A stretch of DNA of 64,000 nucleotides from Podospora anserina. Taxonomy: Eukaryota. Within the stretch, counting starts at the first letter, position 1. The number at the start of each line of letters is the position of its first letter. The notes under the pieces are model-generated. The model did no database searches. It saw only the letters and a program-made list of their open reading frames with translations, and was not told the DNA's origin. The position numbers and the translations under genes were made by a program. The DNA is taken from the NCBI GenBank assembly GCA_017654855.1, contig CM030337.1, positions 2,418,001-2,482,000 of the forward strand, written 5' to 3'. Of this stretch, positions 10,870 to 23,245 are shown one piece after another.

Positions 10870-12389
10870 ATGTCACTGTCAATCTCGGCCGTTGAACGCA
10901 ACAACCCACCTCCGCGGCGGAAATCCTGTTCAGCCTGCATCAAGGCCAAACGACGATGTACACAAGAAACACCAGCATGCCAGCGGTGCACCCAGAGGAG
11001 CTTAGCCTGCCAATACCCGGAAGGGCGAGTCTCAAAACGACCCTTGCCAGCAAGCACACCCAGTAATAACCCATCCCACTCGTTGACTGGACCACCATCC
11101 GCGCTTCCAACTCCTGGATCATCATGGGACTTCGCGGTCTGGGAGAACCCCTCAGCATATCCAGAGTCACAGGAGCCGGTCAACGCACATTCCATACTCT
11201 TGGATGGTGCAGACGCTTTGGACCTTTTTAACTTTAACACTGTTGATCCCACCCTTGGGGATCTTGGTGTTGCCGCTAATGACTCGGCACAAATTCCGCG
11301 AGAAATGGCAGCTGGGGTACCGGATGACATGGGTACCAACAGAATAATATATGACTTAGTTATTCCTGGTCCTCCGGCAGCCCTCCCTCAAACCGCAGCC
11401 GTAGCCTGGGCTTTCAAGAACAGACTCAACTTCGCCCTCGATAAAATCCGCGATGCCCCCCGACGGATGGTATGTGAGAATCAAACACCATGGTCTCACC
11501 CGTGTCTTTATGAACACAGTATGCCGCAGTCAATGCAAGGTACCTCTTTCTCCCATTTCTGCCATCTCAGACCCTAACCTTTTCACAGACGCCTACTCCT
11601 CCTGTGCCCTCCACCTCTCCAAAAACCCAATCAACACCGACATCATAACCCGCAACATCGAATCCCGCATCACCACCCTCCTCTCCACTCCACTCCCCCT
11701 CTCATCCCCCCGAGAACTCCTCTCCCGAGTCCAGTCCCTCCTCCTCTACCAAATCCTGCGCGTCCTTGACAACTCCTACAAGTCCTTCTCCGCCATAAAT
11801 GACACCATCGCCCCCCTAGAAGAAGCAGCATTTGCCCTCATGTCTCACATCACCTTTGAAGAAGGAACTTTTGACAGCCCCTCCGATCACCCACTTCAAC
11901 CCCCCACGTCTCAACAACCCCCCGCAAAATCTGATGAAATCCTCCCACTCTACCCACTAGACACAACCCGCAAGTTCTGGGAGGTTTGGGTGTTTCAAGA
12001 ATCAGCTCGTAGGACTTTCTTGATCGTCTTCTTTTTCGTCCAGATTTATCGACTGATGAAGGGTGAGGTACCGACGAAATGCGATGGGAGGCTGGGGATG
12101 AATAGCTCTTTTACGTTAGGCGAGGGGGTGTGGAAGGCGAGGGATCCGTTGAGTTTTGGGATTGCGTGGGGGGAAGGGAGGAGGTGGGCGGTGAAGAATG
12201 CCAAGTAAGTTCTTTCTCCTGAGAACAAAAGATGAATGAAGGCTGATGATGAATGGGGATAGTTTTAACGCTGCTTTAGGAAAGGCAAGAGCGGAGGATG
12301 TGGATGTATTCAGCAAAATGGTGCTGAGTAGCTTTTTGGGTATTGACGAGGCGAGGGGGTGGTTGATGAGCACTGGGGGGGATTTGTAG
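10870..12389 (+). CDS. Zn(II)2Cys6 transcription factor
   Basis: CSACIKAKRRCTQETPACQRCTQRSLAC cluster; introns ~11540-11588 and 12205-12262; WVFQESARRT middle-region motif; stop TAG at 12387-12389. Confidence 0.9.
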
Positions 12390-12750
12390 GTGGGAACTGG
12401 GACGGCCACGCTTTCTCTGGTTCTGGGATGCTGAATTATCACAATTCTGGACTTTACAAGTGGGGGAAGGAATGAAAGATTGTGCTCAAGGGAGCTTGGT
12501 GTTGACATATTGGGAACAGAGAAAGCTTTCAGAGGCTTTGAGTAGTAGAATATGCGAAGTATCATTAGTCAACGGAGTCGAAGCAAAGCCGGCAGAGAAG
12601 ATAAAGCCAGAATAGTAAGTTCTGTATCGCAATCAATTCTCCAACGCCATGCTATGACCCTTCAACTGTCAAATAATGCCGATGCCTAATAACTCTAACA
12701 AACAATACTCTATACCACACAGTGTCTACCTCTTACATCTCCTCTCACTG

Positions 12751-14477
12751 CTATTCGCCATCCTCCTCTTCTTCCTCGTCCCCATAGTCCTCCTCATCCT
12801 CGTCCGAATCTTCCGACTCATCTCCCTCGTCATCTCCCAGACAAACATCAATCTTGATCCCCTGTTTCTCCAAAGCAGCATGCATCGTCCTGAAAGCCCC
12901 CTTGACTTGAGCAAGCTCACGACGACTCTTCACCAGCTTCGCCCGCGTTCTCTCCAACTTGGACTGAGTCTCCTCAAGCTCCTGCTTGGCCTCAGCATGG
13001 CCCAGTCCAACCTCATTCAACCACTCCCGAAGTGAGTCAATCTCGTTCTGCAGATGCTTAATCTTCTCTATCTTGTTCATTCGGTTCTTAAGATTGGCAA
13101 TATTGTTCTAATTCTAGTTGATGTCCTCACGGTTTTGCAGCAGCGCCTCGTTCAGCTTTGAGCCCGTCCCTTGAAAAAGCTCCTCCTCCGCAAGCTTGAG
13201 GCTGGGTTGGATGTCCCAGATCTCTTGATTGCGGTCGTTATTGTTGATTGTCATGCCATCCAGAACCTTGCTGGTCAGATTGGCTGCACTAACAATGAGG
13301 AGTTCCTTCATAGCTGAGTCTTCGGTCATCGCAATAGCTTGCGCCAGTTGCGAGGGATCCACAGCCTCCTTAACCACCTTGACTATCGCGTCGGCTAGTG
13401 GCTTGGGCACCCTCGCCTTATTCGCTGTCATATCCTTGACCATCCGAACAACGGAATTGGTGGGCGGGTTGGTAGCGACGCCACCGACGGCAAGACTGAA
13501 AGCAGCGGGCGCACTGCTGCGTGGGGCGAAGACAGAACTGGTTGCAGACACTGGAGCCGGAGGAGCGGTGGAAGAAAGAGACAAGAACATACCGCGGGGG
13601 GATGGCGGCACTGAGAAGGTGCAGACGAAGCGAACTCGGAGATCGGCGAAGATGGAGCGGGACGAAACGGCAAGTGATGGGGAGGGCCAAAGGTGGGCGA
13701 ATTGGTAAAAATTGAAGCAGACTCCTAAACACCCATCAGCAAAATGAATAGACAAAAGAACTGAGTAAGTCACACGACGAACATCGGGTCATGTCAGTTC
13801 TCCATGCCACACCAAGCCCCAGAAGACTCCGAACATTCGCAAACAAAACCACCCGGGTACCAGACTGAACTGTGTGCCACTCGAACGTCTTCTGCACTGA
13901 GCCCCACAAGTCAGTCCCGCTCTGAGGCCCAAAGGGCAGCAGAGGACTATAGACTCCAACCCAGTGACCAACAAGGTTGTCAGGCAGCCGCCCCAGAGGC
14001 TTTCCACGGCATGGGAACAAAGCTTGATGTCAAAGAAAGATGTGAGGAGCAAACACTGTGCCAACCGACTGGTCCCAAAATTGTCACTGGAGTGGTTCCC
14101 AAAGTGGCAGTCATGGCAAGCGGACATTGCAACTCGGACCCTTCTCTGATCCAGAGCGCGACTCTCGAAATGTTTCAAGCCAGACAACAAAATTTCCCGG
14201 TTGAGTCTTCGAGCAAGACTTGGTATTCTTGCGTCAAACGACTAGTCGCATCTCTGATCAAAGAAGGGCAGCGGTGACTGGCAATGTTGGCAGATTACTG
14301 CTCCGTCAAACCCTCTGAGGTGAACACTCCCCCGGATACCCACTAGCGCCCCCAGAGCCAACCCCCAGATCGAACCCAGCAAGGAAAACAGATATGACAG
14401 GATGCAGGGCCAGCAGGTGAGTGACTTACCAAATTTTCCTCGACTCTCTTCCGCTTGAAAGCGGACTGCTCGGGCAT
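12751..14477 (-). pseudogene. Orphan coiled-coil protein gene with acidic tail, interrupted by in-frame TAG stops
   Basis: First exon 14477-14430 (MPEQSAFKRKRVEENL|GTAAGT). ORFs 13114-13773 and 12751-13080 are in the same frame, separated by TAG-AAT-TAG. The middle region needs frame changes or unidentified introns. Confidence 0.55.
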
Positions 14478-16038
14478 TGTGAACGCAAGGTGAGGCGTTT
14501 ACAGGGGAAAGGAGAGTAGTTCACGGGGGAGAGGAGAGGCGTTTGCAGGCGGCCAGGCGAAAGGAAAAGGTCCTACTGGCGGTGGTGTGGCGAAACAAAA
14601 GAAGCGACCTGAGAAAAAAAGTCTAGTTTAAGCCAACAAAGGAAAAGCAAGAGAGGAAGGAAGAGAGTGGTTGGGGATCTGGAAGTCTTTATACTCTGCG
14701 GGTGGTGGTCTGTGCACGCCTGCAAATCTCGCAAAGTGTGCAAATTACCAATGCTTCTGTGTGAATTGCTCTGTGAATTGCTATTGTCGTTGCTATTGTG
14801 ATGGTCGAGTGAACAGGCGTGAGTAGGGTGGTGGTTGAGAAGTGGGGCGGCGCCGGAGCAGCCTGAGGTTACTCCCAGGCTGCGAGTCTCAGCTCAAAAT
14901 CAGATCAAGAAGTTGCAAAAAGAGCAAGCTAGCGGGACATGATCAATGCGATTGGTGGCTCGAGGAAGCTTCCGGAGCTTGAACTCGGCCAATGGTATCT
15001 TTGATTGCAAAGAGGACTCGGATGCCTGAGCCAGTTACCCAGGCGAGAGTTATTTCATGGGAAGTAAACAAAGGCACTGTGATATCCGCGTGACCGATGA
15101 CTCTTCTAACTTGAGACAAACATCGGATTCACTATCTCTTAATGATGTCATCCGGTTCAACAAACTGCTGCCTTGCTCCCTTGCTCACAGGTTGACATCA
15201 TCTTCACTACTCACAGGCTGGCATCTTACCAGAGCCTGGGGCAACAGATAAGAATGTCTGCCCTGCGCCATTGAGAATCCCAACGCGAACACAAATAGCC
15301 CCGAGGGCCTTGATGCACTATATAGAAGCTCAATAGATAAATCATGCGGTGTTTCTTCTTCTAAGTATAACAGGCTTAGGGTTCCATAATCCAAGCAACC
15401 ATGTAGCAAACTGTGGTTCTCCGCCCGGTCACAAAACCCGGCACTAGGATCGCTCAGGTTGCTCCAGCTTGAATCTCCCAAAATCCTAGTTTAGTTGCTC
15501 CGTTGGCAGTCATGATCAAGAGAAGCACAGTGGCCAGGCAGCTGCCTAGCCAAAGCCCTTCCACCCCTAGAGCCGGTGACGCTGGCTGGTGTTCATCCTC
15601 AATCACCTTCGTCTCCTCAGCAACCTGACGTGAGTCTGGGGTCAGCAGGTGATGGGTTCCGAGCTGTTTAAAGGACCGAAGGTTCATTGTTACATTCATG
15701 TCTAATGTTTATTGTTTTCTTCGAGAAATGTTTAGTCTCGGTGCCTAGGTATGTTAGATACTCAAACACGTTAATCACAATCATAGTTACGTATAATTTC
15801 TTGTGGGCCGTCAATAAACTCCAAAATAAATTCCAGAAAAAGAACTGGATGGGGGAGTCCAACCCACCACCAAGCGAAGGGTCAGGCCGGTCTACGCACA
15901 CAACTCTTGACTGGCCAGGTCGGGTTGCTCGCGTCTCTTTGACCACTGGGTTATACACAAGCTGCAGTGTTAGCTACTTTGCTGGTGTGATGAGCCAAAA
16001 GGTGGTATATATTTCGCCGTCTTGTCTCTGTTGCTCCC

Positions 16039-16848
16039 CTACCACCACCACCTGCACAAAACCGTCACTGCCACCGCCGCGATGCCCAGCTTGCTCCCTG
16101 CACCCATTCCAGGTGATGCTGCCGCTGAAACCTCCTCTCCCCCACCCACCGACTCGATCGCCCTACTCAGCGGCTTAAACCAGCACTCGGCCACCTTCTC
16201 ATTCCCGGCATTGTTAGGATGCACCCCATCGCTGGTCATACTATCCGTGTCGAACCCCGTCCAACAATCCACCACCTCGATCACACTCTCCGTTGTATTC
16301 ATCCCCTTAGCCCACTCTGGAATCGCTTCATTCAACCTGACCACTCTCTCCCCACACTCTTCACAAAACACCGAGTCCAACGGAATGATCTGAGCAACGA
16401 TAATCCTCATGACCTTCTTACTCTCCCTCATCCAATCGACCATCGTCCCAAACGACTGCAAGATCTCCGCCGTCGGCTTGTTGTTCAACACGTCGTTAGT
16501 TCCCAAGTGCATCATCACCACATCAGGCTTGGAACTCTCCAGCCACGGAACAAGTTTCCCTTCCGAGACGATTCCCGTGGCCTGTATCATAACGTGCCCT
16601 TCGTTTGCCCCGTCATATTCGAAATCGCACTGTTGACCAGACCGGGAGCCGACGAACTTGGTGTTGGTGATGGAGGCTTGCTGGAGGCGGCGCCAGAGGA
16701 GGGCTTGCCAGCAGCTTTCGGGGCCGCCGGTGATGGAGTCGCCTAGGGGTAATATCCTCACTGTCGACTGGGACCATACTGGGAGAATTGAAGCGCTGAG
16801 AATGACGATGAGAGGGTACGAGCTGTTATGTGACGGGGAGAGTCGCAT
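16039..16848 (-). CDS. Secreted SGNH/GDSL esterase (carbohydrate esterase family 3-like)
   Basis: Signal-peptide-like N-terminus; PLGDSIT, HLGTND and DGVHPN blocks; hydrophobic C-terminal tail. Confidence 0.88.
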   Translation of the reverse strand: MRLSPSHNSSYPLIVILSASILPVWSQSTVRILPLGDSITGGPESCWQALLWRRLQQASITNTKFVGSRSGQQCDFEYDGANEGHVMIQATGIVSEGKLVPWLESSKPDVVMMHLGTNDVLNNKPTAEILQSFGTMVDWMRESKKVMRIIVAQIIPLDSVFCEECGERVVRLNEAIPEWAKGMNTTESVIEVVDCWTGFDTDSMTSDGVHPNNAGNEKVAECWFKPLSRAIESVGGGEEVSAAASPGMGAGSKLGIAAVAVTVLCRWWW

Positions 16849-17504
16849 CTTGACAGCTGAGGCGGGAGACAGTCAGGAGGCCCCGAGGACACTGACCATG
16901 TTCTTTCTGATGGGAGAAGACGGCATTTTAAGAGCCCGAGGCTGACGTGTTATGATGCTCCGTATGTGTGATCCTTGGCGGCCCCTTATCCCCTCTTACC
17001 TAATGATCCCAGGACTTCCAGCTGTGGATTGGCAAAAGGGGAAAACAAAGCGCTTATTTCCAGCCTGGGTCTAGAACCAGCTGCCAACCCTCTGGTACTA
17101 ACCCATGCTCCGCCTCATTCAGGTACCCGTGTGGGATTTTACACAAGGCCCGCGCATTTACGACGGCGCAGTGGCCCGTTAGCGACATCGATAGTTCTGG
17201 GAATAACTTCAACAAATCTTTGAATGACAAAACATTTTTTTCTTCAACAGAACCTACAACATATCAAGCTTTGGTAGCTTGTCTCGTCACAGGCCGACAG
17301 ATGGGTAGCTCATTCTACTCCAGTCGACTCCCACGTCCTGGAGGTTCATAGATATAACCGCATTCAATTAGCCAATTGAAGACGAGCGATGGGAATAACC
17401 TCACGAGTTGGATTTTTTTTATTTTTTTTCACCCAAACAGCCATCTTTACCCCATATGTGTGTGTTCGAATGCTCTTCTGCCGGCGCCAGAAAATTCAAA
17501 GCAC

Positions 17505-17990
17505 CTATGCCATCCCTGATGATGTTACATCAGCAGCCATGCCAAACTCCATCACATGGCAATCCGACTCAACCCCTTTCTCCGTGTCACTGTCCAGACA
17601 GCCGTGCAACATCATGAGTCCCGTCGCATTGGCATTGAACATAATTCTTAGGAAGAGGTTAGCCCAACTTTTTCTTTCTCCTGCCCACGGCAGCAAAGCC
17701 CAAGTGTACTAGAAAATGCTCACTCTGGAGACCCCGAACACGTCCACGTTTCCCTCAAACTCAAGCTCATATCATCGAAGTCAAATTGAAACTCAACCCC
17801 AGGGTCGCTGCACTGGGACCACTGCAGCTTTGCTAGGTCAACGTCCTGCGCCAGATACTCCACCGTTCTGTTCGTCGCCAAGGAGTAAGACGTGAACCCA
17901 AACGTGCCCTTCGAACCCCCGTTGTCCCAGTCGTATACCTTTAGTACCAGGTCATCGATCTTCCAGTAGGAAGGGTATTGGGAGGTTGCG
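17505..17990 (-). pseudogene. 5'-truncated small Cys-containing protein (AA1/Alt a 1-like pattern)
   Basis: TSQYPSYWKIDDL...WSQC...FQFDF...LRETWTCSGSPE|IMFNANATG...GC...DC. The intron at 17723-17647 splices in frame. No start codon or signal peptide. Confidence 0.5.
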
Positions 17991-18130
17991 GTGGAGGTGG
18001 ATGCGTGACTGAAGGTCCCTTCAAAGAGTTCGTACCTCTTTATACCCGATCACCCAGTACCGAGGTGACTAACTTCCTTCAACAGCTACATGGCCAACAT
18101 CGGTCCCGGCGCCCCAGTGATGAACAAGGA
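17990..18130 (+). pseudogene. Internal fragment of a tyrosinase/di-copper protein gene
   Basis: GGGCVTEGPFKD|YMANIGPGAP with a canonical intron at 18028-18085 (GTTCGT...ACTAAC...CAG). Matches the GGGCVxxGPFxxxxxNLGP motif of fungal tyrosinases. Confidence 0.65.
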
Positions 18131-19251
18131 GGCTGTTACAAGCGTCACGACATTCCGCTCCTCGGAAGCCTTCTTTCTGCAAACAAATGGCATGTCTAGC
18201 TCTTCCAACACCCACAGGGTATCACCTATTCTCCGCATTCGCTGGTACGAGTCCGACGAGACCGGTGTCGGTGACAGCAAGTTTGCTGCCGTCACACTTG
18301 GAGAAGATTATATCGAGCTGTAGATGATCGGGTGATCAAAAAGTGGCCGAGGAAAGTAGGGATTACAAAGGCTCACTTCCATAGCCGTCACCTTTGGCCA
18401 GCGTTCTGTACCAGCGTCGAAGAAGATCATACTTGTGCTTGACCGGATCGATGCGGTATCCGCCTGTCGCTGATGCCGCCTTCGCTATTCATCCGAAGCC
18501 AAGGGTTGATTTGAGTTGCAAGGAAATCCCTCCAGTTATGGAACTTTGAGCATGTATGATATCGGTAGTAGCGCCCAAGACCACAGAGTTTGTCCCATTC
18601 AGAGAGTGGGAAGAAATCATCGGCGATGTCGGTGAAGATCTCGGGGGCTGAGCGAGAATGGTCCACCTTGATCTCTGGTAACATGGTCCAAGCCTCTGCT
18701 TCTGGAATGCGTTCGGCTTCCGAATATTATTTCATGCTTTTCGGGTATTGCTGAACAGCATTATCGTGCTCGGCATTTGCAAGTGAGAGGATGGCGGTCT
18801 CACTTCGCGGCTGTTCTCACAGCTCTCGTCGAGATAAACGATGACTCTGGAAGCTGTCTGGTAAATACATCTCATGAGATTGACCTGATGATTTCGCTCA
18901 GACACAACCGACTGGTTGATACAGATCGAGTCGACCCACGCAATCCGGTCAGCTTCACGGCTCCGGAGGCGCTTGAGAGCTGCATGACAGTTGGCCGTGA
19001 TGCATATTTCGGTGACTGGTTTGGCGCTTGACTCGTCTTCGTCAGAGAGCACCTCAATCGTAGAGGCCAACGTTTGATCCCCCCCCAGGTGTAGGAGAGC
19101 GCTTCGTGGGAAGGAGGAGTTCGATTCGAGAATTTAACAGGCGTATTCTGACTGGCTCCTCTGGAAGACCTGGAAGCAGATTCAAGAGGCGAATTGAATC
19201 ATCGAAATCCAGCGGGAGGCCTAGATAAACCTGATGGGGTGTCTTTTTCAT
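18130..19251 (-). pseudogene. HET-domain gene pseudogene, paralog of 26896-28746
   Basis: PLDFDDSIRLLNLLPG, TANCHAALKRLR, WVDSICINQS..ERNHQVNLM, ADDFFP.S.W and WVL...MPFVCR all align to the intact copy. Frameshifts and large internal deletions. Confidence 0.9.
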
Positions 19252-20199
19252 TTTATCGTCATGGATAAGCTTTTTTCAAGAGCAGTGAATCGGGAAAAGG
19301 CGGTCACTCTGGTCCAAAAGGCAGGTTGGGCACCAAACAGCCGGGGCAGAGGTGTGAAAAGCCTGGGTGAAAGTGCGACTCCAGGCACCCAAACAGCCCC
19401 GTGGTATGCACTAGAAGGGGGTGTTTGGCCCTGCGCCAACGCAGCGACCTTACCAACCACAGTCTATCAAGCAGTGCAAACGTCGCATGCGCCATCCTGG
19501 CGATCAACCTTATACCCTTGGTAGTCCGGATCTTGCCCATGTCGTCCTGTTACGATGCTTTCTGACAGCATGCAAGAGACAGTTTGGAGCGAACAACAAC
19601 CTGACGTCGGACCTATTCCCGGATGATATCCGGATTAGGGTTGCGAGTCAGAAGACTACGCCCCTCTGTTGGAGGCTTGAGAGGCGTGATAGGAATACGG
19701 AACTCCGTAAGGTTTGTTGGGAGGTCCCACCGATTGTGAAGGATAAAAGAATCTCTAGGCTGTAGAATTCATTTCTTCTTTCTTCCATCTTTATCTAACA
19801 ATTCAATTTACTATTCAGGCCTACACCTGTGTCCAGCCGTAGGCCCAGGTCAGGAACCCATAGCCGTCAAAACAATTTGCTTCACTTGCTCCCCTGAGCG
19901 TCGTCACCGCCACGAAGAGCTGGGAGCGACGAAACCGTCAGACCCATCCTCACAAGTGAATATATCGGAGCAATGAAGCCGCGACCGCCAGTGAATTGGA
20001 CGGAGCAACCTGACGGGAAGGGGGGGCATAAAGCTTTTGCCTGCGATCTCTGCCATGCACCTTACCACTTTTCACCAAACATGCCATCCGCACACTGCCT
20101 TTACCATACTTCTCTTGCCAACTTGATCACTTACCTATTCATTCTCCTCTTCGACACAGATCTCCACTAGCTTCCCGGCAGAGCCCATTTTACATACAC

Positions 20200-21369
20200 A
20201 TTTTATGCACCAGTACCGATCATGGGGTCAGCCGCTTCCTCGATCTGATCAGACGGGAAACGGAGCAGGGGAACAATGGCAACTTTCCCTACCGCGCCCT
20301 GGCTCATGATGTCCGGTTAGTCGTTATCCATTTGCACCTCTTGATGGTTTTCGTGAAAGATGTCGGCCTGCTAACCGATATTCTCGCCCTTCAGATCCCT
20401 CGACGTCTGCGTTCAACACCCCGAGATCGCAAAGGTTGCCTACTGGGAGTTGGACCCGTCAAAGCCAGTCAGTCTATGCGACAAGATCATTCGGCTCATC
20501 ACCGCCCTCCCTCAAGTTCGCAGTCTGAGCTTGGACTTGCGCGATTTGGACAATGCTCAAGTTGGCCATATGGTCACGCTGCTTCATAAATCCACCAACA
20601 TCCTTCCCCGTGTTCGACAAGTCAAATTCATCTCGGCTGAGGACGCTTATGGAGTGAGCGACAGCGCGTTCAGCCCGAGCCTTTGTGGGCGCCTCACGTC
20701 CGCTTTCTGCACCGCGATGGGTACCAAAGCCGACGAGCTTACCTTCATTCGAGGCTGCGATGCTGCCAACAATCAAGTCTTGCTCGACACGATGACAGCC
20801 TTTGCCGACATCCAACCAGGCGGCAGTCCCCGCCGCCAGCTGAGACGCCTATTGATCGCCGGTTTGGGGTCCGCAACCGGTCTCAATATCCTCCCAGCTC
20901 GTGAGATTCTGGAGACGGTCGTCGCGCCACACAGCGAGACTATTGAGACCATCTTTATCGCTGATGACGTGGACTTTGCACCTTCCGGTGGCCATCAGGA
21001 CTTCAATACCAACCAGAAGGCAATTGACCACTTGGTCAACGCCCTGGCTGGGATGCCTGCCCTTTGCCGAGTCGCGTTCCCAGTGGTGGGATTTCGTGTT
21101 GAGGGTGTTGAGCGCCAGGACGACAAGAATCTCGAGAAGCTGGCTCTGGGTACGGCCATGAGGGCGATTGCGGGTGGTGTGTGATGGAGCAGCTTCCTCA
21201 TTTGGAGCACGCGGCCTTCTGGACTTTGTGGCAGAATTGCGGTGTCCATTCGAGACGTATCGATGGGGACATTTATATCAGATGCTACGGTGTCCCTGAT
21301 GACTGGGTGAAGCCTCTGCATGGACGGAGGGAGAAGTGGCCCATGGGGCTGTGGGGGTATCGGTGGTAG
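20200..21369 (+). pseudogene. Decayed paralog of the F-box-like gene at 34323-35799
   Basis: Shares LDLRDL, FIRG, AREILE.VVAPH, RVAFPVV.FR.EGV and WPMG.WG.. plus the same phase-2 intron (20316-20394). Frameshift in GGTGTGTGA at ~21180; F-box N-terminus not found. Confidence 0.8.
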
Positions 21370-21646
21370 ATCCGGGTGTTGCGTTGGGACCAGGTATCAC
21401 AGGGCTGAGAGAGGAGATGTCTGTGCCATGGGCTGGAGGAAGCACCGATGGCATCGTGAGTCTCGGAGCCTTAGAGCCTGGAAATACGAAGAAAGTGCTT
21501 TTCACTGAGTGGGAGATGCACGTGGGCCAGTACTCCCGGCTGAAAGGGGACGTCTACATGATGGTTTGGGGGCATATGATTCTGATTCATGAGGTTGGGC
21601 ATACCAAAAAGAGCTTTGATTCAGCGGATAGTATGCAAGGGCAAAG

Positions 21647-21730
21647 ATAAAAAAATAAACAAAAGAAATTAATAAAATAAAAAAGTAAAATAAAAAAAGA
21701 AAATATAAAATAAAAGAATAAAAAAAATAA
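21647..21730 (+). repeat. Degenerate poly(A) tract
   Basis: About 84 nt, almost entirely A, between convergent genes. Confidence 0.85.
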
Positions 21731-22009
21731 CGGCTATTTGCACAGATTCTTGATCAAGTCATTGGAACGTGGCCATCGTGAGCGGTTCAAGGTTTGGCTT
21801 CTTGAATGCAAAAACTGCGACAAAGGACATGATATTCTTGGACTGATGATGCACCAGGGCTGGGGCCGACAACATGAGGAACTGGAATCGACGGGACATC
21901 GTTCATATTGACATTGCCAAACCTAAACAAACTCAGATAATGCCGAAAGAATGCGTGTTGATAACATCCACCAAATCAACCCTCGACCCTTGTACAAATC
22001 CCTTGTACT

Positions 22010-23245
22010 CTACGCCGGGAGAGCATTGATAGCCCTCACATGGTCAGTAACCAAGCAAGTAGCCAACGAAGAACCATAATAAATCGTGAACCCATCATTA
22101 TGTGTCTGCCCAGTACTCAACTGATCGCCCCATTGCCTATTATTGATCACAATTAGCACATATATCATCACTTCTCAACCAGGAAAAAAGAAACCACCTA
22201 CCAAAACAAATCACCACTCATCCCATCCCTGCTCAGCTCCCTCGACGCCTGCTGCCAGCCCTTCTGCACATTACACCTATCACTCTCATACCCATACTCC
22301 TCCAACAAACACGGCTTCCCCGCCGCCCTGCAAGCCGCCGCATGATCCTTAATCCACCCTGGACCAAAACTCGTCGGCACCCCCCAATGACCAGGATACA
22401 TATGAAACGTCCCAAAGTCCAGATTCTTAATCTGCAGATTCTTGACGAAGTCGGTCCCCTCCCCATACTGATACGGATACGTCGTCTGCCCCGGCAACCC
22501 AAACCCCTCATCCCCAAGGGTGATCAAATGATCCTTATCCAAGCTCCGGATATAATCTGAAATCTGCGTCGCCCAGTTGAAAATAACATTCGTGTTGCAC
22601 CCCTTGCACCTGGGCTCGTTGGCAAGTTCCCACGCAAAGATTGCGGGGCTGTTGACATATCGCGAGACGACAGCCTGGATGTAACGCTTGTACTGCTCCT
22701 GAGCGCGGGCGTTGGTGTACCAGGATTCTTTTGTGCCTCCAAAGGCGTTGACGTAGGCTTTCATGCCGCCAAAGTCATCCCAGTAGTTGACCAGCGCGAT
22801 GATGAGCTTGATGCCGCGGGTTTCGGCTGATCTGACGAGGTAGTCGAGGCGTTGGAGGCCGTTGGGGCCGGTGTTGATTTGGGAGCCTGAGGAGGCGAGG
22901 CGTTGGAACCAGACGGTGTTACCGGATGGTTGGTTGTTCACGTCGTTGAAGCCCCAGACGCGGAGGATTTTGAGGCCCGAGGAGGCGATGTGGTCCACTG
23001 GGGAGTGTTAGTAACGGTAGAGGAGAGGATGGTGGAAGGGACGAACAGGTTGTGTCGACATCTCTGTTGTTGGTCAGGAAGCCAATCCAGTAGGAGTTTG
23101 TTCCTGCAAAGTAGCCGGTTTTGCCGTCGATCACGAAGCGGGTGCCGCTGACTTTGGCTGAGGCGGCTGCTCCTCCACCTTGTGCTTGGGGGAGGGCGTT
23201 GACTAGAGAAAGAAGGCCGAGGCCGAAGGCGAAAAGTCCCTTCAT
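22010..23245 (-). CDS. man5A: Secreted endo-beta-1,4-mannanase, GH5 subfamily 7
   Basis: Signal peptide; [24 protein letters not shown] (acid/base) and LLEEYG (nucleophile); introns 23046-22998 and 22201-22137; no CBM. Matches recalled P. anserina Man5A. Confidence 0.95.

Noticed and set aside
15057..15960. Short ORFs between the orphan gene and the esterase
   Set aside because: No recognisable motifs or consistent gene structure.
21647..21730. Poly(A) tract as a retrocopy tail
   Set aside because: The upstream gene retains its intron and no TSD is seen.
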